DNA from: Auanema rhodensis
Taxonomy: Eukaryota; Animalia; Nematoda
DNA length: 64,000 bases
Assembly: GCA_964057225.1 (NCBI GenBank)
Contig: OZ059897.1
Location: 14,570,001 to 14,634,000, forward strand
Reading direction: 5' to 3'
Shown here piece by piece: positions 53,201 to 64,000 of the stretch. Each line of letters starts with the position of its first letter. Positions within the stretch are counted from its first letter, which is position 1. The notes under the pieces were generated by a model, which searched no databases, was not told where the DNA came from, and was given only the letters and a program-made list of their open reading frames with translations. The translations under genes were made by a program, and so were the position numbers.

Positions 53201-56200
53201 TATTCATTATATGATAAATGTTTTTAGGTCATTTTTGCATGCTTCAAGCGTGCCGATAAACGTGAGGTTAAAGTAGCTCAATTGGCTGGCTCAGTTGGTG
53301 AGCTTTCTGCATATCATCATGGTGAAATGTCTCTCATGGGCACTATTATTAACTTGGCTCAGGTATGTTTTTAAAGTTTCAATAATTTCAATCAAAATTG
53401 TTTTAGGACTTTGTGGGATCAAATAACATCAATTTACTTTTGCCTATCGGTCAGTTTGGTACAAGATTGCAAGGTGGTAAAGACAGTGCTAGTCCTCGTT
53501 ACATTTTCACTCAATTAAGGTAAAAAAAAATTACTTTGTCAATATATGTTTTTATTTGTAGCCCAGTTTCTCGTGCTCTTTTCCCACCCACGGATGATCA
53601 TGTACTTCGTTTCCTCTTTGAAGATAATCAAAGAATTGAACCAGAATGGTATTGTCCAATTATTCCAATGGTTCTTGTCAATGGAGCTACAGGTTTTTAA
53701 TATTAATTAAATGAATTAATGAAGTTCTGCCTTAGGCATTGGTACCGCTTGGTCGACCAATATTCCTAATTACAATCCTCGAGAAATTGTTGAAAACATG
53801 AAACGGCTTATCAACGGTGGTAGTCTTAAGTCAATGGTTAGTTGAAATCACTGCATTCACATATAGTATTTGATGAATTTAAGCAACCTTGGTACAAAAA
53901 CTTCAGAGGCCATATCGATATGATTGATCCTTCACGATTTGTTTGCTACGGAGAAGTTGCTGTCATTAACGACGATACAATTGAAATAACAGAATTGCCC
54001 GTTAAAACATGGACTCAAGGATACAAAGAAACTGTTTTGGAGCCTATGCTTGAAGGTGTTGAAGGAAAAGGAGAGAAATCCGAAAGAAAACCTCCTATGA
54101 TATCGCAAGTTTTATCTTGAAGACTGCATTTAAAATATGAAGTTTTAGTGATTTCAAGGAGTATCATACCGACACCACTGTTCGATTTGTGGTAAAGTTG
54201 CCGCCTGGAAAGTTGCAGCAATACGAAGCCGAAGGATTGCATAAGGTTTTCAAACTGCAAACTGTTTTGAATACCACTTCAATGGTTAGTTTCAATATAA
54301 TATTAAAATATTGGAATTGGCCAATGATGATTAAAAATATTAAATCTGAATTATAAGAATCGTACTACAGTTCTAGTCTAGTATATCAAGTGCTAATATA
54401 ACCAGACACAAGTACGATGAAATCAGTAATAGCTCGTTAATGCGATGAAGTGCTGAGAGTTTGACTTCGTCTAAAGGCACGAGCATACATTCGAATATTA
54501 TAATGATTACCAAAAGGCGAATCTGAGGCCACTATTCCAAATATCATCTGTGATATCAATTGTTAAATGTCGAAATTTTTTCATGTTATAGGTTTTATTT
54601 GATTCTGCTGGATGCTTACGAAGATTTTCATCTCCGGAAGAAATCTGTCAAGAATTCTTTGGAGTTCGTAAAGCTAAATATATTGATAGAAAGAAATTCA
54701 TGGAAGGCATGCTTCGTGCTCAAAGCGACCGCCTTTCTAATCAAGTACGCATTTGATATCTTATCTTCTGTCATATATCTTGATATAAGTTTTTATGTTT
54801 AATTTTAGGCTCGTTTCATCTTGGCTAAAATTAAAGGAGAAATTGTCATGGAAAACAAGAAAAAGGCAGTTATTGTTCAACAACTTATTAAACATGGTCA
54901 ATTCCTTGTTTATATATATTTTTTTAATTCGATGATTACAGGCTTTGCTCCTGATCCAGTGAAAGTTTGGAAGGAGTTACAGAAGAAGAAGGAACTAGAA
55001 GAAACTGGTGAAGTTGACGTAGATGATGAAGAAGATGAAGAAGATGAAACTAGCGATGAACAGAAGAAACTCGATACTAAGTTATCCGACTATGACTACT
55101 TAGTCGGAATGGCACTTATCAAATTGTCCGAGGAAGAAAAGGACAAATTATTAAAGGTTTTTTTAAATTAGTTTTTATTTTCAAGTAGCATATTGTAGGA
55201 GAGTCAAGAGAAGTTAGACGAATTGAAAAAACTTGAATCCAAAACTTGGGCTGACCTTTGGAACGATGATTTAGAAAACTTCCTTACCGAACTTAAAAAG
55301 CAAGAAACTAAAGAGAAATCTGAGCAAGAAATAAGCATCAAACAAGCTGCAAGAAAGTTCCAGAGCGATAAACCCAAAGGAAAGAAAAGCGCTGCTGTAT
55401 CAGCTGTTAGTCACTCTTTCTGTTAAAAATTGATGCTCTTTTAATTTTAGGAAGTTTTACCTTCTAAAGATGGTATTCGTGTGGCTCCTCAAATTGATAA
55501 AGCCCTGAAAGAGAAATATGAAAAGATGACAGCACCCAAGAAAGAGAAAATAAAAAAAGAGCCGAAAGAACCGAAGAAACCTAAAAAGGAAGGTGGTGAT
55601 ATTATGAAGTTCATGAATTTAAGTGTTAGTTTCTTTTTCCTCCTTTCTTATTTTAACCATACCTGTTTCAGACTGATAAACTCGATAAAACTGAAGGTAG
55701 CGATGTAAGTTTTATATGTTGTATTGTCTTTATTTCGAAAATTTTAGGCTGATTCTGATGATGAATTCAAGTTAAAGAAGTCCAAGAAAGCATCTGATTC
55801 GTCTAAGGAAAACGAGGATGATGATGATATTGAAATTGAGGATAGTAATGATTCTCCAAAGGTGTTTTTGTTTTGTCATGTATGCGTCATGTTTTTTCTT
55901 GCAGAAACCCCTTGCTCCTAAAACGACAGCTGCTAAGAAAACTAAGAAGAAGATCGAAAGTGACGAGAGCGATGATGATGATGCATTTGCGCCAAAGAAA
56001 AAATCATCTAAGAAAGTATGTATTTATTGTGTTTTAGCCTATACATTTATCAAATTGCTATAGAATGATTCTGTGTTTGATTTGTCATCTGATGAGGACA
56101 GTAAGAAAAAACCTGCAGCAAAGAAAGCTGCTAAGCCAAAAGATGCTAAGAAGATGACGGATTTCTTTGGCAAAAAATCTAGTCCATCCAGAAAAAGGAA

Positions 56201-56425
56201 AGCCGCTGATAGCGATGTTGATGCTGTACCTGACGAAGTTGTAGATGTAGCTCCTCGGGCCAAATCGTAAGTGCTTAATATAACTGTAATATAGATTCCT
56301 TTTTTTTCAGGTCCCGTGCTCGTCCCCAAAAGAATTACAATTTTGCTGAATATGATGGCTCTGATTCTGATTTTGATGTTCCAAAAAAGAAAGCCAAAGT
56401 TATCGATAGTGATGACGACTATTAA
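50217..56425 (+). CDS. top-2: DNA topoisomerase II
   Basis: [77 protein letters not shown], catalytic SASPRYIFT, Lys/Asp-rich tail. Confidence 0.98.
54318..54531 (+). ncRNA. Intronic composite box C/D-H/ACA scaRNA (U85-like), predicted U5 snRNA loop-1 guide
   Basis: Terminal stem TGGCC/GGCCA, C box ATGATGA 54324, D' CTGA 54346, hairpin ATCGTACT/AGTACGAT, H box AAATCA 54420, hairpin GCTCGT/ACGAGC with upper stem GATGAAGT/ACTTCGTC and loop TGAG (CAB), ACA 54487, C' ATGATTA 54503, guide AAAAGGCGAA, D box CTGA 54523. Confidence 0.85.
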
Positions 56426-56663
56426 CTAATTTTATTTGCTGTACTCATTGATCCTGTGTGCTATTGCGGTTATAATTGAATCTCATTCTAATATTATATA
56501 CTGATTATCTGTATAATTTTGCAAATAAGTTTTTTCTATTTCTGTTCGTTTTGTTTTGAGTTTATGGAGTTTAATACTCGTTCATATCCTTGGTCTAAGC
56601 CTTCAAATGGTATTACGTTGTGTTTTTTTCAGATTTTGTTATGAGCAATTAATCCGTGTTAAT

Positions 56664-58374
56664 ATGCAAGGTTTAAAAGTGTTCAGTCTTGCTGTTTTGT
56701 GCGTTTGTGCTGCTGCTATTAACTTCACCGAAGTTTTGAAAGAGCTTGAAGATGTCAAATCTGGCGAAATTAAGCTGAAATGGAATGGTCGTGAAGTTCT
56801 TTGTAACTGTACTGATAACTGTCTACTGACATCCGAACTGAATGGAGTATTATCTAGATACAATCTATTTAATGTCTGTGTTGGATACGCTTGCTTAACT
56901 AAGCGGGGATATTATGCCGATGGGCAAGAAGAACAAATGAATTATGGCTGCATAGGGATGGACGGGGAAGATTCCGTACCATCTGAAAAATTTCTACATT
57001 GTAGCTCAAAGGGCTACGAAACAGCGCATTGTTGTAATGAATCATTTTGTACATCAAACCTTTCGATTGCTTCTCCCAATAAGGATCTTGCTTTGAGCTA
57101 TGTTACTGCATCACCTACTCCTCTTGCTGTATTCATTGATAGTAGATACGGTTATCTGCTTGGAGTTCCGCTATTTTTCTTAATCCTGTTAGGATATGGG
57201 GTTTGGTCTCTCGCTACAAATAGACGTTCTAGTGAGTTGTTCATTGTATTTTGTTTTAATGTTGATTGTTTTAGGGTCGCCAAGAAATAACTGTAGTCCT
57301 TTGTTGGAAGAAGGTTGCGGAAAGCCAGTATCAAAAGATATAGGCCTCATTTCTGGTTTAACCTTGTCTTCAACTATCTCGGAATCCGATGACAAAAATG
57401 TAAGAGCTGATTATTCTCTCGGATCCGGCTCCGGACCCATCAAAGTTCGACAGCCCACCCTATCAGAAAGGGTCATTATTCATAGTCAAATCGCCTCCGG
57501 AAGGTTTGGAACTGTATTCGCTGGCGAACTTGACGGACAACGTTGTGCTGTGAAAATATTTGATAGGAAAGACGAATCGTCGTTCTACCGCGAAATTAAT
57601 ATGTTTGAAAACTTGCAACTGAGACATCCCAACATCTTGATGACTTTTGGATATGATGTTGTGACCTCAAACCACGGAACACGTTACTGGCTTCTTACCG
57701 AGTTTCATACTTACGGTTCTATTGCTCAATTCTTTTTATATCGTACTGTAGCCCTTCCTGTTTATATTCAAATGGTTCGAAGCATTGCATCTGGTCTTTC
57801 ATATCTTCATATTGCTTTACATGGCGGAAAAGAGAAACCTAGAATTGCTCACCGAGATATCAAGCGGCAAAACCTCCTGGTTAAGAAAGATCTAACCATT
57901 GTTATTGGAGATCTGGGATTGTCCGCATGCGATGATGGCTCATACTATTCGACTTGTGAAAATAAACAGTCTGGAACTATTCGTTATTTAGCTCCTGAAA
58001 TATTGGATAACACAGCAGGAACAAGTTTTGATGCATTATTGTATGCTGATATGTACTCGTACGGATTAGTAATGTGGGAAATGGCTTGCAAAATTCGAGG
58101 ATTCAGAGGAGTTCCTGAGTTTACTACTGAGACTCTAGCTTATCATCATGTTGGTCGTGATCCCGACATTCCAAGCATGAGAAAATGCGTATGTGAAACA
58201 GGATTCCGTCCACACATATATCCTTCTTGGCTGGAAAACGATCTGATGGCTGTTGCCGTAGAATGTATGAGAGATTGTTGGTCTCCTGATGGATTTAACC
58301 GACCTGACGCTACATCTGTTCGAAGGCGGTTTGATCATGCTTGTCGCTCGTTCGACGTTCGGATCGAAATGTAA
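56664..58374 (+). CDS. TGF-beta/BMP family type I receptor Ser/Thr kinase, divergent, one intron only (57232-57274)
   Basis: Signal peptide, Cys-rich ectodomain ending CCNESFC, TM YLLGVPLFFLILLGYGVWSL, GS box SLGSGSG, kinase motifs SGRFGTV, AVKIF, LRHPNIL, KPRIAHRDIK, IGDLGL, GTIRYLAPEIL, ADMYSYGLVMWE. Confidence 0.9.
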
Positions 58375-58813
58375 TTTGACACTGTAAGTTTTGTGTCTTT
58401 ATATTAGCAATCGTATCGTTCTTTCAGAATTTATTATTATATATATATATATATATATAGTTCCACTACATATCTGATCTCATTCATATCTTTCATATTT
58501 AACATTTTGATTCCCTAAATTCACTAAGTCAATGAGTCTCAAATTTCTTCCTAGATATATTGTGCCAAATGTGTAATACTTGTGTGTAAATTTGTACTAT
58601 TTACCTCTTGTAACTTATTCTGTTGTGATTCTAAGAATTGTGACTTGCTACTCTCCCTTACTAAGTAAGGCTGGTCAGCTTCTTGTATATCGATCTCATA
58701 ATAAGAAATTTGTGGGTTTCAATTAATAACCTAAACATATTCCATCATTTATTTTCATTTTATTTCATAGTTCGTAAATATAAATAATTGGTTATGCTAG
58801 TGTGGGTTTTTTC

Positions 58814-59535
58814 TTAACTCTTCTTTCGTGAAGAAGACATTGGTGGATACATTTGATTAGGGAAACAATATGGACAAGATTTCTGAAGTGGAGGCTGATC
58901 AATTATGTTTCTATAATTCATCTGCTCAGGCAATTGGTTTCCCGAGGGTATCATTCCGGGGAATGTGTTCATTAGCTGTCCTGTGTATGGGTGGTGAGGA
59001 GGATTGAAGGTAATTGGTACAGGTTCCGGTGGATGGCTTCGTGGACTATGATTTTGTTCATTGTTGTAACTATGGAAGCTTGAGGGCATCTGGATTTGTT
59101 GGGGATGTGGCAGTTGCGATGCGTATTGTTGCATCGAAGGAGATGAGTAAATCTAAATTTGGAATAGTTGTTTTCTGGACTAGAAATGAACATACCTGTT
59201 GAATACGCTGTGCAATAGCTTTTCCTAATTCTGTTCCGAAACTATGAGCATTTCCACCGAATATGGAAGTTTTGCTATATTTGAAGTATTTGTGAACACA
59301 GGTAAAATATTGTTGGCACTTACGGTATTTGTGAATCCGGTGATTGTTGAGGAAGATTAGTTGGATAGGATCCAAAAGAAGTTGGAATAAACATTGTCTG
59401 AGGTTTATTTTCGATCGTATTTGGTTGATTAAGCAGATGCGGTGGCGGAGGATAGCCCAAAGAGCATAGAGGGCAATTCTCATTTTGTGCGTATGAATAA
59501 GAAATAGTTAGAATAACGATAAAGACCAAGATCAT
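58814..59535 (-). CDS. Secreted Pro/Gln-rich protein bracketed by two CxxC motifs (3 exons)
   Basis: TTTCAG acceptor just before the ATG. Signal MILVFIVILTISYSYA, CPLC near the N-terminus, CPYC near the C-terminus. Two GT-AG introns join ORFs 59320-59610, 59070-59483 and 58814-59134. Confidence 0.7.
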
Positions 59536-61148
59536 TCTGAAATATGTTTGTACGAAAATAATAAATTGTTGGAATCTAGTAACATTACAATAAAGATGAG
59601 GTGAAAGCAAATTCTGTGGTAGTTTTTATGTTCTATTTTGGTTGTATTTCAAGAAAATTCATAGTGCACAGTGCTAATGGTGTCAGTCGTTTCTCCCTAT
59701 ACATATCGGATCATTGAAACCGTAATTCGAGAAGACGGAAGGCTACATAATAAATTTCGCTGAGTATGAGAGAAAGTTAAGCAAGAATGAGAATAGATGA
59801 AGCTATGTACAGAGGAAAAGAGAAGATGGTGGGGTCAGATGGACACCCAGTCCGCTAGTCGAGTTTAGGTGTTAATGGCTCTGCTACTCTTCTTCTTCTC
59901 TCTTTGCGGGATTGTATGCTTATACGCAACTCGACCTATGTATCTATTGGTACATATTGACGTTTATTTTTCTTTTCTATTGTATAACTGTGTGAAGAAA
60001 CCGGACAAACTAATGTCCCTCTCTCTTAATGTTGTTCAATTCATCGTCTAATATCACTATCCCAGTCATGATCATCCTGAGCACCTTCAAGAGGGACCAG
60101 TTGAGGTGTCAGAGGGCGGCCGCTGACGAAATCGAATGGCTTCAACATATTAGTTTCTATGAATAGAAAACAGGATTGTTATTAGTATGACAAGAGTTTC
60201 GCTGCTCCATCTTGAAAGAGGTGGAGAAGAGAAAAAAGAGAAGGAAAGAGTCAAAATGAAAAAAGAGTTATGAATTGATGATCCAGAAGACCAAAATTGA
60301 GCAAGGGTAAAGACCAAATTGGAACACGAAGCATATTCTGGCATATGACCGGTTATGCTGTTTTGAAGTTCAAATAGATTCGTGCAATATATTTGGTTTC
60401 GCTTAAAATTAAAAATATTCGTGATACTTCAGAAGGTACTGGTAGATATACCGCCAGACAAGCCCGGGGAGGATAGGGTTGTGGAGGGAGAAGAATAGTA
60501 TGAGTGCACAGACGTCGCTGAGAATTAAAACTTTAAAGAGCTACGTGTACAGCATATACACGACTGATCGTCCTCCCTCACAATACATGCATAGAAAAAA
60601 GTTTTTCGTCTAATTGTATTTGTCTGTTAAAGCTTTGAAAAATCCATACCGTCTACCTCAAAAGTTAAGAAACGACGTTTTCCGCTTAGTATTATACAAA
60701 CTTTGTTCATGTTGTATTGAAACAAATTACAAGTAATTAATTTTGTTTACTATTTGTATTTTTGTTTATATGATTAACTTCGTTAAAACTAAATAAAAAT
60801 ACTAATTATATGATCATTTTATTAAGAACTTATACTTCATTGAAAACATGAATATAAGGATAATCTGATTAAATTGTTATATGAGTAGTCTGAAGTATTT
60901 TTTAATCTGAAAAATCGTTTGGATTTGGAACCCGTGGAATTAGAAAGAATGTGACAAAAATTGGACAAATATGTTAATAAATGTTGGCTTAATGAGATAA
61001 GAACAACCAAATAGAGAGGATGAACAAAATCTAAAATATGTAAATTGAAGATGATTATATAATCAAACACCACAAAAGTGATAAAGTCATAAAAACATTT
61101 TTGTTATCTAAGTTTGAAACTTCTAAGCCTTTCCTCCGCTTAATGAGC

Positions 61149-62256
61149 TTAGCTACCACCTTGTTGTAGTTTTTCTAAAGGAGGACAAGTCGGTCGGCGA
61201 CAGTAGCCGTTTAACTTTAGTAGGAATTTCACATGACATTCGAAGAATACAGCAGGCTAAAATAAAAAAAATATTAAAGCATTAAAACGTGAAGAAATAA
61301 AAAGAATAAATATAAATTGTATAAAATAATATATTTGATATAATATTTCAAAAATATTTGAAATTTGTTCTTTTCTTAATATCGTTTAACATAAATTTTA
61401 GTTTAAAATGAAAATATTTCAACTTTTAATATATTAAATATTCCAAAAAAATGGGGGAAATTTTAAAACACAATTCTCGTCGCTATGTTTATTTGCGAAA
61501 CAAACAGCAAAAACTTTTTAAGAAAGAGTATACAAAAGAATCAATAAGTGACATATTTTTCGAATTTCATTCCAAAAATTCTTTTAAATAATTATAATTA
61601 AAAGAAATAAAAGCTAAATATACCTGATCAACATCCAAGGAAAATGCATGAACAAATAGACCACCTTTAAGATCATGAGTATATTCTACATGTGGAAGAA
61701 CTGTTGGGAATAAGGAACAACCAAATTCATCAAGTATTGGAACCTCAAATTGTAAGATAATAATAATCATAAAACAACATATAATCAGATGAAATTATGT
61801 AAAATAAAAGCAAATAAAGAAAATATTCTGAAACGTACAGGATTTTTTGCATTCTCAGAGCTACGCACGGTACAGTTGTGTACCATTATGCAATATAGCC
61901 CAGTATCTCGTCCACCATGAGAACAAGACCATGAGTGATAAAGGGGGTCTCCTACCAGGACTTGGCTGAAATTGAAAAAAATAGATAAACAAACAAACAA
62001 ATAAACAAACAAACAAACAAAAATAAATATTATAAATATTATTACCTATGAACAACTGTACCATTTTCATCATTTCTACGAACAGCGTATTCACATTCAG
62101 GATCAGGAAATCTATAATAAATATAATAATTAAAATATAAAATATGATAATATACCGTCCCATTGGTAATTCTATTATTTCTTCTGGAGAGAATATATGA
62201 TCCTTATGTGTTTCAAATGCTAATACACAAGAGATGAAGAATAAGATAAGAATCAT
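61149..62256 (-). CDS. Short cuticlin-like protein containing only the ZP-C subdomain
   Basis: Signal MILILFFISCVLA, PDPECEYAVR, VLVGDPLYHSWSC, YCIMVHNCTV, ILDEFGCSLFP, VHAFSLD, VFFECHV, CRRPTC. Confidence 0.85.
61986..62022 (+). repeat. (CAAA)n simple repeat in a cuticlin intron
   Basis: AAACAAACAAACAAATAAACAAACAAACAAACAAAA. Confidence 0.8.
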
Positions 62257-62889
62257 GATCTGAAAATGAAATAAAATTTAAAAAATTTTTGAAAACTTTA
62301 AATACTTAATAATTTATTTACTTTACAATATACTATATACTAGATTTAATTTAAATAACATGAATTAGTATAACGAAACTGGCCCTTAGGCTATTATTGG
62401 GCATTCCAGACAAATATTTTTATGTCTGTTAAACAAGCTTTAAATTCAAAAAGTATGCTTGTTAACAAGAATATAAAGAAAATTCATGACAATAACGTTT
62501 TAGAATAAGTTAATCAAACAATTTACGTAAAGATATTACTAACAAGATATATCCAAACAAAGAAAAATTGATAGAAAATCAGGCAATTTATTGATAAAAG
62601 AATGATCCAAGGAAAACAAAGACAATTTTTCTTCGTTTTTTTTTATTGGAAATAGTTAGTTTTGAAGGTAATTGTAGTTTGCTTGCACTATTAGGTAAGT
62701 CTTAGATTTTAATGAAAAGAACGATTAGAGGAATGAGAGAAAATACCTAGAAAATGATAGAATAATGAACTAAATTAGAGCATAAAGTTTAATTTATGGT
62801 TTATAAAATGATTAAAAAAATGTTAAAGAGGAAAAGAAATCAATGAGATTGCTATGGATAGAAAGAATTGTAACTACATAAGAAACAGA

Positions 62890-63190
62890 AAAAAGGGGAG
62901 AAGAGAGAAAGAGGGGGGGGGGGTGAAGTTAAGAGAGAGAGAGGGGGGGTCATAGTCTAGTGTATTTCTGATAATCGGTAAGACCTAATAAAGACGATAA
63001 TGTTGATGACGATGAAGAAAAAAAGAAAAAGAAGGAAGAATTAATGTGGTGATATAGTAGAGTGGATGGGAAAAGGAAGAATACAGACGAAAAGAAATGA
63101 AAGATGACTATCATTCAAAGCAGTGATGAAGACGATGAATATGAAGAAGAAGATGATGTTAATGCTGATGATTGTACTACTGATGAGAAA
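62890..63190 (+). repeat. Purine-rich low-complexity tract (GA repeats, G-runs, GAT/GAA repeats)
   Basis: AGAGAG runs, an 11-nt G-run near 62914, GATGAAGAAGAT repeats. No supported spliced frame. Confidence 0.6.
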
Positions 63191-64000
63191 AGAATTATGT
63201 CGTTGAGAAAGTTGATGACCAATATATACATATAGAAATATAATAGATATCTATAATAATCTTTTAATAAGAGTTATTAAAGAAATATTTAGTAAAACTT
63301 GATCAATGCTCATCATGTTTAATATCAAAGTTGAAAATTTCAGTAATAAAATGGTAAATATAAAGTTTATGTACTTAATTAAACAAAAATATATTATATA
63401 TGTATGTATTTTAGTGAAAATTATATAAAATGATTATAATGATCAGGACATTTTCAAGTTTTATGTCTAATTTTTTAAACAGTTTTTTATTTAATTAAAT
63501 GTATTAGACTTCGATTTTTACATCAAAATAACATCGATTCCAATATTTTTAAAGTTATATGGATCTTTTAAACTTTCTTTTACAATTGCTTTTCCTCATT
63601 TCAAACTTTTTTTTTTCCAATTTCATACAATCAAACATTTCGATTAATTAAGGAAATTGCCTTTGATCTTTTCCTGGCATTAGAGTTGAGAAGTTTTAAG
63701 ACTGATGAACTTAACTAAGACTATGACTTTGTACTTTTTCATTTTAATATTTAATATAATTATAATAAAGATTAAATATTATTTTAGAATTAATCTTTAT
63801 ATATATATATATACATCAGACTGTGTGTATATGAATGTGTATATATGTGGATCTTCCTGTTTACTTTTTTACGTTTTTGCTTTCATATCTCTAGAATCAT
63901 ATGTGAATATATCTTACGTTTTGCCTTTGCATCTCATACATTCTTCATTTCTTCGTTTTGGTATCTGTTTCCTTTCCTCTTTTATCTCTCTCTCTCTCTC

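Noticed and set aside
54508-54520. scaRNA guide as antisense to U2 (CCAAAAGGC versus vertebrate U2 GCCUUUUGG)
   Set aside because: As I recall, nematode U2 differs in this stem-loop, and the U5 match is longer and sits correctly against box D.
62381-62405. TTAGGC within GGCCCTTAGGCTATTATTGGGC as a telomere-addition or DNA-elimination motif
   Set aside because: A single hexamer is expected by chance, and I cannot test a motif model here.
1-64000. Prokaryotic systems (CRISPR arrays, defence operons), tRNA, rRNA, piRNA clusters
   Set aside because: The sequence is intron-rich nematode-type DNA. I saw no repeat-spacer array, cloverleaf or rRNA, and only sporadic CTGTTTCA.

Overview
Eukaryotic, AT-rich genomic DNA with very dense short introns (mostly ~40-50 nt, TTTTCAG/TTTTAG acceptors), characteristic of a rhabditid-type nematode. 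This lineage call is inferred from splice signals and gene content; the species cannot be determined from the sequence. Most ORFs in the six-frame track are exon fragments or spurious, so I rebuilt about 18 multi-exon genes by hand. In order: GLG1 (5' part), a GH56 hyaluronidase/chondroitinase, a Ca-channel alpha2-delta subunit, RagA, SAPS/PP6R, SAS10/UTP3, an uncharacterised protein with about 5 tandem OB/cold-shock-like repeats, two paralogous secreted helical proteins, a Ser/Arg-rich protein, a GPI-type FN3 protein resembling an R3 receptor-PTP ectodomain with no phosphatase, a gamma/delta sarcoglycan, PIG-M, DPH5, a FAX/CDR GST-like protein, topoisomerase II, a nearly intronless TGF-beta type I receptor kinase, a Pro/Gln-rich secreted protein and a ZP-C-only cuticlin. 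The strongest hidden signals are three. (1) A composite box C/D + H/ACA scaRNA (U85-like architecture, CAB box, U5 loop-1 antisense guide) sits inside an unusually long top-2 intron. (2) A decayed Maverick/Polinton relic carries protease and pPolB fragments. (3) The near-intronless TGF-beta receptor lies in operon-like position behind top-2. Gene boundaries were read by eye and internal exon junctions are not all verified.
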